This document shows, in pieces, positions 29,801 through 36,125 of a stretch of DNA of 64,000 bases (positions are counted from its first letter, which is position 1; each line of letters begins with the position of its first letter). The notes under the pieces are model-generated. The model did not search any database. It was not told the origin of the DNA and was given only the letters and a program-made list of their open reading frames with translations. Made by a program: the position numbers and the translations under genes. Location of the stretch: positions 2,218 through 66,217 of the IMG/VR virus record IMGVR_UViG_3300032223_000402. One strand, written 5' to 3'. The DNA comes from a virus. Lineage: Duplodnaviria; Caudoviricetes.

Positions 29801-31403
29801 AATAGCATTAGGATCTAACACAGCATCGGTATTAGACGGATCGTCGATTGTAAAAGTAAATCAACAGATCTTTATATTTGATGGTAGCACACGTTTTTAT
29901 AATCTAGATAATTCTGTAATTCCAGATCCATTATCAGCTGGCCCAGTAAAACAAAGTGAAAGCAATTTTAAAAACATCGTCAGTTCCTCAGCAGCATCTT
30001 CGATGGTTGTTGAAATCAACGGGAGGGCGTTAAAAGGTCCCGATACAACTTACTTTGTTTATGACGGAATTCAAAATCAGTTTGTGTTAGGTGTAGATCC
30101 TTTTGTACCACCAGGAGCAATCTTAACCAGCAACATTAAATGTTATATTAACGGTCGTTTGTCTCAATTTATTCAAGACTATGTTTATGACGGTAGTGCT
30201 AAGACAATTACTTTCGCTAAAACATCTTTGACTGTCGGTGATATAATTAAAATTGAAACAGACTTTTTGTCTGAATACAGAATTGAAGGAACACAACTAC
30301 ACATTTTAAGTAATGTGGGCCTCGGTGAATTAATTAATGCAACAATTAAAGTTACCTGGTTTAACGAATATCCTTCTATGAATTTAATCTCAGATGAATT
30401 CACAGGCGGTAAAGTTCAGTATCAGCTAGCTCACTTACCGTTGTCCTCAAGCTATGTTTGGGTTTATAAAAACGGAAACAGACTGACACAAGATCAAGAC
30501 TATTATGTTGTTGTTGAACGAGGTGTTGTTTACTTAAAAGTGGCTTCAACTAACTCTGACACAATTAAGATCTTGTTATTTGGTTCTGGAATATATAGAT
30601 TACCAAGCGGTTTTGAAATTTACAAAGATATGCTAAACGTATATCATTTCAAACGTTATTCCATCACCGACGATATTAAGTTGACTAAAGATCTTAATTA
30701 TTACGATCAGACAATCACAGTAAGTGATGCTTCTAGTTTATCAGATCCTATTCCGACAAGAAATATTCCAGGAATGATTCTAATAAACAACGAAAAGATC
30801 GAATATATGTCAAAACAAGGTAACGTATTAAGTCAGCTACGCCGTGGAAGTGTAGGAACGTCAATTGCTACATTACACCTTGCTGGTAGTTTTATAGTAG
30901 ATGAAGGGCCAACAGAAACGTTGCCGTATAACGAAACACAAGATAGACAAGACTTTACAAGTAACGGTACTCCGGACGATTCGACTATTGGATCTGCACA
31001 AACCATTGGACCTCTAGATTTTACACCTGCTCAAGGAAAACGTTCTGCTTGGCACAGAGATACTATCCCAACAGGATTTGGGCCCTGTGATCAGATTGAA
31101 GTATTCGTGGGCGGTCGTCGTTTGCGTAAAGATCCAGTTGATGTTTACAGCGAAGAATTAGGATCTCACAGTCCATCTGCTGATAAAACGCTTGAGGCAG
31201 AATTTTCCGTTGACGGATTAACACCTTATATTCGTCTAACAACCACAGTTCCTGCTGGAACTAGAATCACAATTATTAGGAGATCTGGTAAAATTTGGTA
31301 TGAAAGAGGCAATACAACCGCCAGCAAGGGCGTTACATTGCTAGAAAACAATACAGCTATATCTAATTTCATAGCTCAACGTACATCGAAATTGCCAGAA
31401 TAA
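17832..31403 (+). CDS. Giant 4523-aa virion structural protein (baseplate wedge/gp7-position, multi-domain)
   Basis: Uninterrupted ORF after gp6. Contains FG-GAP-like propeller repeats, several CBM5/12-like W/Y modules, two G.GY..PP.V.IDGDG.GATA modules and C-terminal DG.T..F beta-sandwich repeats. Confidence 0.8.
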   Translation: MAKSIYPQSQLPIRRSVELLPTVFQTGANSKFTSAVIDPLIQPGVLQKTVGYIGRRYGKTYRGSDIYLDTDNTLRSRYQLEPGVTFKENQKILDFYDYLDFKNQIKFFGNDIDRDDFVTSQQHYSWNPPIDWDKFINFREYYWEPNGPPPVPVYGQSGKITSSYKVMLGTQSSFVITPDGATNNPTLTFYRGQTYKFKINAPGQGFVIRTNYDTGSLRYLPAQGYAAGSVVYFDNKLWRAKVTISPGDGSTIDINTQDWEPLGLADHTTVLDYNQGVTNNGIENGTLTFKVPFDAPDVLFYQSKVDPDRFGQIVITNVIENSKIDINKEVIGKLEFTSSNGIVFTNGLIIEFKGQVTPSMYANDSWLIEGVGSGITLTRYLDLIVPVLTKDTPEVLFDNEGFDTQPFDDATAYPSQLDYITIARNSKDSNPWSRYNRWFHRSVLDYAHGIRGTDYEAPESARAKRPIIEFQPNIQLFNHGAESKITVDYIDTYTSDVFSNIEGSTGYNVDGEFLFEGARLLVIADTDSLANNKIYTVHFVTFNGNTQINLKEASDGESLAGQGVLVRRGIANAGLMYHFTGSEWVVSQKKSTVNQPPLFDAFDDSEVSFSDSTTYPISTFAGSTLLEYKVGTSIVDQQLGFSLSYLNIDNIGDIQFNWTWDTDSFYYTESQKVNTKKISTGYYKQNGSLANGWIATDLTYIQPLIDSVVTPSATNVVTLTTLDWESVTDNSKLIINFYLNGEKLINNPYTRDRGTFTFQNSFAVNDVVSVKIITDVEHVTGYFEIPSGLEKNPMNDSLATFTFGQAADHVISALEFNDNFTGSLPGSSNLRDIVDYQQHAKRFLKHAGLNPVSIALLCDKTNNIIKSLQYAKSQYTEFKNNFLARSTEIDFVKSIPDFVDNILEELTRIKTVDTPFSDSDMIGSGAFNTISYTVEDTGIKTFALSQAFSLNELSRRAVYVYINSRQLLNTLEYEFNPTFGFVIIKNDLLEGDKIEIREYISTAHCFVPPTPTSLGLYKKYTPMIFVDDTYREPKTVIQGHDGSLTVTYGDYRDDLLLELEYRIYNNIKQQYDPAIFDNDAILGGYYGNALYTKSQLDQIVEQEFLRWVKNTNIDYTNNNYFIDTEPFTYTYSNMSDPSGTQNLPGYWRGVYQWAFDTDRPHRCPWEMLGFSEKPDWWDIQYGSAPYTSGNLLLWEDLEAGIIRQGPRAGTYDRYKRPGLVNYIPVDIEGNIVNPLDSGFAGNFVLINNRGPFKLGDIGPVEYAWRSSSEWPFAVAIALCLMKPFEFITDSFDRSRIKLNNLGQTVNVDTGLFITLEDLVIPRPGVDLASGLVQYLVSYAQSKGLSLDVIESKIKGLDVNLSTRLSGFVDKAQQKYLLDSKNPKSTSGSIYIPAENYDIIFNTSAPIATVSYSGVIVEKSETGWVITGYDDIHPYFNTFEAQESQADPLLSIGGISENFVEWAAGTDFANGIIARYNNTYYRSLSTHQDLDANGLSNATLWKKLPKLPLVGAVEAYKRRAFNTFEITKVGYGTNFTTIQGVVDFLLGYEAYLKSQGFLFENYDPDNQVSQDWTTSCKEFMFWTKHNWAVGSIISLSPSSLKIDIQTPVGVADNLLDGFYDYQVLKSDGKPLQPQYINVNREFQEITVETTNTTDGIYFLRLYYVLKEHVAVFDDRTVFNDVIYDKATGYRQQRIKSQGFRTTDWYGDYTSPGFLFDNVDIAVWEPFTDYKLGDIVAYKSYYWTSMQNQMGQEVFDYTMWTKLDSVPEKQLVSNFDYKINQFDDYFNVASEGIGNTQRDLARHTVGYQTRDYLQNLAQDPITQFQLYQGFIREKGTANAIHKVFDKLSRYDGDSVVLDEEWAFRVGRVGGYDQLSQIEIQLSKSNFLINPQPIVAVNSVPSYSSDKYYRVPESAFTFAPIPYTTDIHPLSLEAEPTQVAGYVKLDQTDYAVGTADDILNLDISTVLENANIWLTFNVPSWTVWRLNASTVFTVTGVSKSGTSVTVTLTRPHSINIGDVVGFRNITNLTGFFKVSAVDTLTITVTVSASAETPVLGTDVYQINLFTPVRFSNYGTVDQEAAALLAEGSKLWLDDNGNGLWEVIEKYKQYTSTKIVEFGTTTPLRAGSKVIYNDSTKEIIVGIPESGIVVAYIESTAGLIPKQIILPPDAFKTQANGSFGSSIAISPDNKWMAIGSPLASGIHSNFRGLFVPTNNYFIDDIVLYDGDLWQAVSDTRGDGSTINIYTQDWVPATVNLAAGSALGDGFYHQGMVTLYEWSNQQWEIRETYASPRPAANEMFGSNISLSSDGLNYKMAVSALGAVDNTGRVYIYSGTPTTTIDLTGATVTVTEWTHQSGQYMLPQQAALIDDGSTKVPTIANNQLVEILKINDQYGYSVALNMSGTVLAVGAPNSDGQYFANYRGIWRPDHNYSGGDVVQYGPLYYTLDINSAGSTGDVPDVGSPWVSMGDSTQQHSGKVFLYQLVNGAYVLKQTIDNATLNSISDISDSTETIGSGDKFGFAVALDYSGTSLVVTSPMANLNLEYKGAAYVFRTDDLTTFKFRLKQKLRNFESYADEYFGQSVDITSNTEKIIVSSKNTPANGSGDAGAVYVFERKSDYYFLTEKLIDTLSPFESFGYSVSCQGSAIAVGSPDYSTTGMVRLFRKDPTTNSWNTLASQSPVVDYTKLRSIALYDAVKDIKLEDLDIIDPAKLKILDDAEQEISFKTPFDPAIYSVGTDNQIVIPEQEWTKENVGKLWWNISTVKWNYYEQGDAPYRIANWSSLAAGSSVDVYEWVETVLLPSEWAALADTNDGIANGISGQPLYPNDNVYAVKVLYNSSTGLPTNTLYYYWVKSSVLVPANTPGRRIPASTVASYIKNPAGSGKPFAAIISSDTVLLYNILSILKSDTALLNIEYRKDDSNLNAIHNEYQLIVEGDARGLIAKSLETKWIDSLVGYDSVGNRVPDPSLPARQRHGISFRPRQSMFIDRVAALKITIFNINNYLLLVPYTDVADFTYLYAVDPVPNALLSLYDVSIDTYEELTTVGTIRVKPAVLSVNIVNSEVDTIDIVSAGFGYKVAPPIVIDGDGSGATATLTIDNQGRVTSVTVVTRGKKYTVANAIVRPFSVLVNQDGTANGIWSIYAWDSVKQTFYRSRSQDYDTTRYWSYIDWWAVDSKPVVPVRLYDETSRIVKEIQNISDEPSISVKIGDLIRVKEYANGGWAVFLKVADGGTFADNYQQVGREKGTIQISDAFYNTSTSGIGYDNTRSYDTGSYDVENAKELRNILQATKENAYNLGLGNIWNNLFFISIRSVLTEQKYVDWLFKTSLLKATHNVGAFEQKLNYKNDNLESFQDYINEVKPYRTTVREYISRYDTVEQYGSAVADFDIPPAFSTVEGKVAAITSTDERLGSYPWKYWTDNHTYSLTDIQISYAGTDYTSPPTVVIDGDGTGATAQAYISNGAVSGIVVLNVGSGYTKATVTLVGGNGNSANIAKAVAILGDTKARTFNMTMKFDRVSKEGLFKSFSHSQTFTASGNSAVFNLEYAPTRDKSKIKILKNSQVVYKDEYSISLFKTNEDGYNILKGKIIFATAPAKGDAITVSYEKNDELLDAVNRITKYYLTDPTSDNAVGMAGNELNQLMTGFDFGGVQVQGTTFEVTGGWDALPWFTDSWDSVQSAADIYYVSDGSTTEYIFDKAPASGQVITIYIKRVGQANAIRIDDPLYNIAGDSAMVTNPNAVIPTFVGDGSTRVIPIGIYVHTDAGDILIFRPEDSDGSVTINDPNIVDTNLSGGTLAAMAGAYTTANGVAAEEIVIEGGEFISPEQVSATEENVPGQVLDSVSIKVFQSSLSGPSPIQARTIVSDGVTRTYDIGIQVLEYSSVLAYVNKSLKILGTDYNIQLASHQITFNTAPTAGNVIEIVAVGIGGHALLDYQQFIADGETNLFLTNAVYIDTKSVFVSVNGVYQDTGFINSTGVVDSTNRTLIQFGTTPNVNDIIEIIALGSNTASVLDGSSIVKVNQQIFIFDGSTRFYNLDNSVIPDPLSAGPVKQSESNFKNIVSSSAASSMVVEINGRALKGPDTTYFVYDGIQNQFVLGVDPFVPPGAILTSNIKCYINGRLSQFIQDYVYDGSAKTITFAKTSLTVGDIIKIETDFLSEYRIEGTQLHILSNVGLGELINATIKVTWFNEYPSMNLISDEFTGGKVQYQLAHLPLSSSYVWVYKNGNRLTQDQDYYVVVERGVVYLKVASTNSDTIKILLFGSGIYRLPSGFEIYKDMLNVYHFKRYSITDDIKLTKDLNYYDQTITVSDASSLSDPIPTRNIPGMILINNEKIEYMSKQGNVLSQLRRGSVGTSIATLHLAGSFIVDEGPTETLPYNETQDRQDFTSNGTPDDSTIGSAQTIGPLDFTPAQGKRSAWHRDTIPTGFGPCDQIEVFVGGRRLRKDPVDVYSEELGSHSPSADKTLEAEFSVDGLTPYIRLTTTVPAGTRITIIRRSGKIWYERGNTTASKGVTLLENNTAISNFIAQRTSKLPE

Positions 31404-31410
31404 ATACACT

Positions 31411-32070
31411 ATGGAGTCCAAAGAGAATAATATGTCAGATAATCAAAAACCAGAAAAAGAACAGCAACCTAACGAAGTAGGAGGCTTCCACTTTGAAGGG
31501 CACATTAAAATATTTGATCCTCAAAACGGAGAAGTTTTTGTTGATAAACGCAACGCTATTCACTATGAAAATATGAGTGTAGCGATGGTTAACAGCCTTT
31601 CAAATCAGGGCTATGGTTACATATCTCAAATGGACTTTGGTAATGGTGGCACAACTGTTGATCCTACAGGATTAATTACATACCTTACACCAAACACTGT
31701 CGGTGTAAACACCAGTTTATATAACAAAACTTACAGCAAACTTGTAGATCAAAACTCAATCGCCAATACAGATTCTGTAAGAAATAAGATGGAAATTCGT
31801 CATATCAGCGGAGCGACCTACAGTGATATTTTAGTTAGTTGCCTACTTGACTATGGTGAGCCAACAGATCAGCAGGCCTTTGATAATAGTGTTGACCTAA
31901 GCGGAACCTTTGTGTTCGATGAGTTAGGGCTAAGATCCTATGAGCCAGGCGGAACTGGCAAATTGTTAACTCACGTAGTTTTCCACCCAGTACAAAAATC
32001 ACTGAATAGATTATTACAGATTGATTATACAATCCGTATACAGAGTTTAACTGGTTTCACTGGAGTCTAA
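31411..32070 (+). CDS. Putative baseplate structural protein
   Basis: Located between the giant protein and the fibres. GHIKI, FDELGL, FHPVQKS.NR...IDY.IR pattern. The start may be the ATG at 31432. TAAATA at 31401-31406. Confidence 0.6.
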   Translation: MESKENNMSDNQKPEKEQQPNEVGGFHFEGHIKIFDPQNGEVFVDKRNAIHYENMSVAMVNSLSNQGYGYISQMDFGNGGTTVDPTGLITYLTPNTVGVNTSLYNKTYSKLVDQNSIANTDSVRNKMEIRHISGATYSDILVSCLLDYGEPTDQQAFDNSVDLSGTFVFDELGLRSYEPGGTGKLLTHVVFHPVQKSLNRLLQIDYTIRIQSLTGFTGV

Positions 32071-32073
32071 TAA

Positions 32074-34209
32074 ATGCCATATACCGTAAATTTTACAGAT
32101 AAAAATAACAAGACTCCTATCACAGTATTTGATAACACCTCAAGTACTGATACAAGTTTAACATTCCCAGGCCGCAACGTTACTGGGTATGGTCAGATTA
32201 TCGCAGAAAACTTTCTTCATCTACTAGAAAACTTTTCTAGCGCAACAGCACCGGTTGCTCCAACTGAAGGCCAACTTTGGTACGATACATCTACTGGTAC
32301 AATGCAACTATGGGACGGAACTTCTTGGAAAGCAGCTTCAAACATTCAAAAAGGTCCTACAACTCCTGATGTCGAAACATCAAAGATTGGAGAACTATGG
32401 GTTGACACTACTAATCAACAGCTAAGAATTTTCACAGGAACACGCTGGATTTTAGTTGGTCCGAACGAAAGTAGTATTGACGGCCTAAGATACGGCCCAG
32501 CAGTTGAAAGAATTGCTGACTCGGATAACAACTTAAAAAATATTTTATCTTTTTACGTAGCTGACGTTCCGGTTATTGTTGTAAGTAAAGACAGTTTTAC
32601 TCCTAAAATTTCCATCACTGGTTTTGCAAATGGTATTAAAGCAGGTGTAAACATTACATCACCATTGAATGATACAGAAGCATTGACCTTTGGTGGCGGA
32701 TTCTTACCAAAGTTATACGGAACAGCAACATCTGCAGATTCATTGAACGTTGCAAACGTGGCAATTTCCGCTGGTAAGTTTTTAAGATCAGACATTATCA
32801 ACACCACTGACTATGCTTTTAACGTTAGAAGCAACAGTGGTATTACATTAGGTGTAGACGGAACATTTACTATTTCTAATACAGCTAATTCTGCAACAAT
32901 TTATAATTCGCAAGCAGGTAGCAGTTTAAATTTACAAACAAATAAAAACGGTATTCCTAACACGGTATTGAGTATTAGAGATACCAACGTAGGTATTAAT
33001 ATTGTAACTCCTGCAGAAGCACTAGACGTAGATGGAAATATCGGACTTACAGGTTCGTTGATTATTTCTAATACCACCGACAGTTCAAACTTTGGCAACG
33101 GTAGTATTAGAACCGCAGGCGGCGCAGCAATTTCTAAGAGTCTGCTAGTTGGAAACAACTTATCTGTAGCAGGCACAACTCAAGTAGCAATAGTACAGCC
33201 GTCGGTGACAGATATCTATGACAACGGTACTGCTACAAAGAGATGGAAAACTATAAGAGCTAAAACTGTTGTCGCTGATGAAATCCAGGGTGTATTGAGT
33301 GGAAGCATTACGGGTAATGCAGGAACTGCCACAAGTTTAAAAACAGCCACTGTCTTTAAATTAGACGGTGACGTTATTTCACCAAATGTCACATTTGATG
33401 GTCAGGTTGGAGGTCAGGTAAAAACATTTGCCACTCAGCTGACAGCAAATATCATTGCTAGTAAAAATGAACCGTCGCCCAATGTTTCTAAATTAGAAGA
33501 TTTGGTGTTAACATATAGACCAAGTCTTGCTGGTATCGGTGGTAATTCTGGGTTATTGAAGCAGACTAGAAATACATTTATCGGAGACTTAGGAGTTCCT
33601 ATTGGCGGTATTATGCCGTTTGCAGGATCAACAGCTCCGTACGGTTATCTACTATGTGATGGATCAGAAGTTGAGATTGTGAAATATCAATTATTATATG
33701 ACGTAATTGGTGCAACATATAACGGTTCAACAGCGTTAGTAGGTATCGGTACTTTTAGATTACCAGACTTGAGAGGACGTTTTGCACTAGGCCGTGATAA
33801 TATGGACAATGCTCAAACAGTTCCAAATGTAGACGGCGGCTTTACAGATGCGGGCGGTGGAACAGCAAGTCGTGTTCCAGACATCAAAGCACAGTCGATC
33901 GGTGGCGGTGCTGGTCAAAGTTCAGTTAAATTATCTCTGGCAAATTTACCAGATCACGAACACAGTTTAGCAGTTAACGGTATACAATACTCTGCGGTTA
34001 GAGTTGACACTGCGATTAATTCTCCAGGTGTAACAGGATTAGGCCCAACAGCACCAGGACAAGCACAATACCTAAATGAATCAGGCGGCGTTAAGTTACC
34101 TGCTGCCGACTTCCAACTAAACGAAGCAGTGGGTATTATGAATCCATATCTAACGGTAAACTACATTATTAGATCTGGTCCTCCAGCGTTTACTACTACA
34201 ACAGGTTAA
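32074..34209 (+). CDS. Tail fibre with tail-collar domain
   Basis: Shared N-terminal anchor (GRN..GYG...ENF..LLENF, GQLWYD). C-terminal collar PIGGIMPFAG..AP.GYLLCDG...F.LPDLRGRF. Confidence 0.85.
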   Translation: MPYTVNFTDKNNKTPITVFDNTSSTDTSLTFPGRNVTGYGQIIAENFLHLLENFSSATAPVAPTEGQLWYDTSTGTMQLWDGTSWKAASNIQKGPTTPDVETSKIGELWVDTTNQQLRIFTGTRWILVGPNESSIDGLRYGPAVERIADSDNNLKNILSFYVADVPVIVVSKDSFTPKISITGFANGIKAGVNITSPLNDTEALTFGGGFLPKLYGTATSADSLNVANVAISAGKFLRSDIINTTDYAFNVRSNSGITLGVDGTFTISNTANSATIYNSQAGSSLNLQTNKNGIPNTVLSIRDTNVGINIVTPAEALDVDGNIGLTGSLIISNTTDSSNFGNGSIRTAGGAAISKSLLVGNNLSVAGTTQVAIVQPSVTDIYDNGTATKRWKTIRAKTVVADEIQGVLSGSITGNAGTATSLKTATVFKLDGDVISPNVTFDGQVGGQVKTFATQLTANIIASKNEPSPNVSKLEDLVLTYRPSLAGIGGNSGLLKQTRNTFIGDLGVPIGGIMPFAGSTAPYGYLLCDGSEVEIVKYQLLYDVIGATYNGSTALVGIGTFRLPDLRGRFALGRDNMDNAQTVPNVDGGFTDAGGGTASRVPDIKAQSIGGGAGQSSVKLSLANLPDHEHSLAVNGIQYSAVRVDTAINSPGVTGLGPTAPGQAQYLNESGGVKLPAADFQLNEAVGIMNPYLTVNYIIRSGPPAFTTTTG

Positions 34210-34222
34210 TTAGGGCAACAAA

Positions 34223-36103
34223 ATGGCATATCAAATTAATAAAACAGATGGAACAGTGGTAGCTACAGTTGCTGACGGGCAAGTTGACCAACTATCAACT
34301 GACATAACTTTAATCGGAAAAAACTACAGCGGTTTTGGAACTTATCTCAACGATAACTTTGTTGCATTATTAGAAAATTTTGCAAACACATCGAGACCGG
34401 CGCATCCATTACGTGGTCAGATTTGGTACGATACTTCGGAAAGCAAACTTAAAGTTTATACCGGAACAGGATTTGTGCCTGTTAGTTCAGCAACTATTTC
34501 AAGTACGCAACCAACTACATTAGGCGTTGGCGACCTATGGTTTAATAACGTCGACAAACAGTTATTCTTCTTTGACGGCACAGGTACAATTTTATTAGCA
34601 CCGGCATATTCAGTTAGTCAAGGCACCAGCGGATTAAAAGTAGAAAGTATTTTAGATACATTGAATCAAACTCGTGTTATTACTAGCTTATATAATAACG
34701 GTATCTTATTAGGAATTTTCAGTAAGGATACTTTTACTCCAAAAAATGCTATCACTGGATTTTCAGGTAGCATTACTCCAGGATTTAACGCAGGTACACT
34801 AAGCGGATTGAAGTTTAATGTAACAGCAACCAATTCAGAAAATTTAAACTCAGTCCCTGCTGCTAACTATGTTAGAACTGATACTGCAAACAATATGCAA
34901 GGCCAGTTAAAAATTACAACAGACCTGGGTTTAATTGTAGGCAGTGCCGACCAAGGAACTTTCCGTGTTACCAGCGGTGACGTATTGCTATCAAACTCTG
35001 CATCAAACAGAGATTTGTATCTTAATGTGTTCAAAGATACTTCACCAGAAACTGGTCTTCGCATAACATCTGGAACTAGAACTATTGATTTGTACCCAAA
35101 CAGAGCAGACAGCCAAGTAAATGTAGGCGGAAGTTTAACAGTAACCGGAAATTTAACAGTCAATGGTACAACAACCACAGTTAATTCTTCTACAGTGACC
35201 GTAGAAGATAAAAATATTGTACTAGCAAAGCAAACAGGAGTAACTCCTACAGATGCAAATGCAGCCACTGGCGGAGTTATATTACAAGGTGCATCAAGCC
35301 ACGTTTTCCTCTGGAGTGATGTAACTAAAAATGCCACAACAACTAGTGATCAAGCAACTGCCGATGGATACAATGATGCACTACCAAAATTATACAGTCA
35401 GGCCTGGAACAGTTCAGAACATATTAATCTTGCTGCTGGAAAATATTTTGCCATTGATGGCGTACCGGTTATTACTGGAAATTCTTTAGGACTTAATATT
35501 ACAAGTATTCCGGGGGTCACATCGTTCGGTACACAATCAGTTGTTAATATTGGACCCGATGTAGCCCATCCGTATATTAGGTTAACATCTAATAGAATTT
35601 CTACAGTTCAAACAAATCAAGATTTAGAAATTGCGCCTAACGGCACAGGCAACATTGTATTAATTGATTCCCCGCAGATTAAAGGTCTAGGAGATCCGAG
35701 CCTTGCTCAAGATGCCGCAACTAAAGAATATGTAGACAACGAAGTTCAATCGAGAACATTGGTATTCAGTATTGACCTTTCAGACGCCAAGGATAACTCA
35801 TACATCATAACAAACTTATTAAACAATATCGCACCAGTTTCAGAATTTAGAAACGGTGCGGTTGCTAGGGTATTATGTAACTTATTGAGTTCTTCTTCAA
35901 CAACACTAGATTTGAATCCGTTGATATCGCAGAGCGTTTCAACATTTAGCACACCAAGCGGTACTGCGCCAGCAGTTACTAACGTTGCTATTAACACTGC
36001 TACAGTATCTGCCGGTTCAATCTCAACCACACGTATTATTAAACAATTCCAGATTATCGCAAATCTTTGGACGTTTGTTTCAGATACTGTGTTACCGCCA
36101 TAA
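34223..36103 (+). CDS. Tail fibre paralog
   Basis: Same N-terminal anchor. GNLTVNGTTTTVNS..V.VEDKNI.L and DAATKEYVD fibre motifs. Confidence 0.8.
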   Translation: MAYQINKTDGTVVATVADGQVDQLSTDITLIGKNYSGFGTYLNDNFVALLENFANTSRPAHPLRGQIWYDTSESKLKVYTGTGFVPVSSATISSTQPTTLGVGDLWFNNVDKQLFFFDGTGTILLAPAYSVSQGTSGLKVESILDTLNQTRVITSLYNNGILLGIFSKDTFTPKNAITGFSGSITPGFNAGTLSGLKFNVTATNSENLNSVPAANYVRTDTANNMQGQLKITTDLGLIVGSADQGTFRVTSGDVLLSNSASNRDLYLNVFKDTSPETGLRITSGTRTIDLYPNRADSQVNVGGSLTVTGNLTVNGTTTTVNSSTVTVEDKNIVLAKQTGVTPTDANAATGGVILQGASSHVFLWSDVTKNATTTSDQATADGYNDALPKLYSQAWNSSEHINLAAGKYFAIDGVPVITGNSLGLNITSIPGVTSFGTQSVVNIGPDVAHPYIRLTSNRISTVQTNQDLEIAPNGTGNIVLIDSPQIKGLGDPSLAQDAATKEYVDNEVQSRTLVFSIDLSDAKDNSYIITNLLNNIAPVSEFRNGAVARVLCNLLSSSSTTLDLNPLISQSVSTFSTPSGTAPAVTNVAINTATVSAGSISTTRIIKQFQIIANLWTFVSDTVLPP

Positions 36104-36125
36104 TGAAACCAGGAGCGATTAAGCT

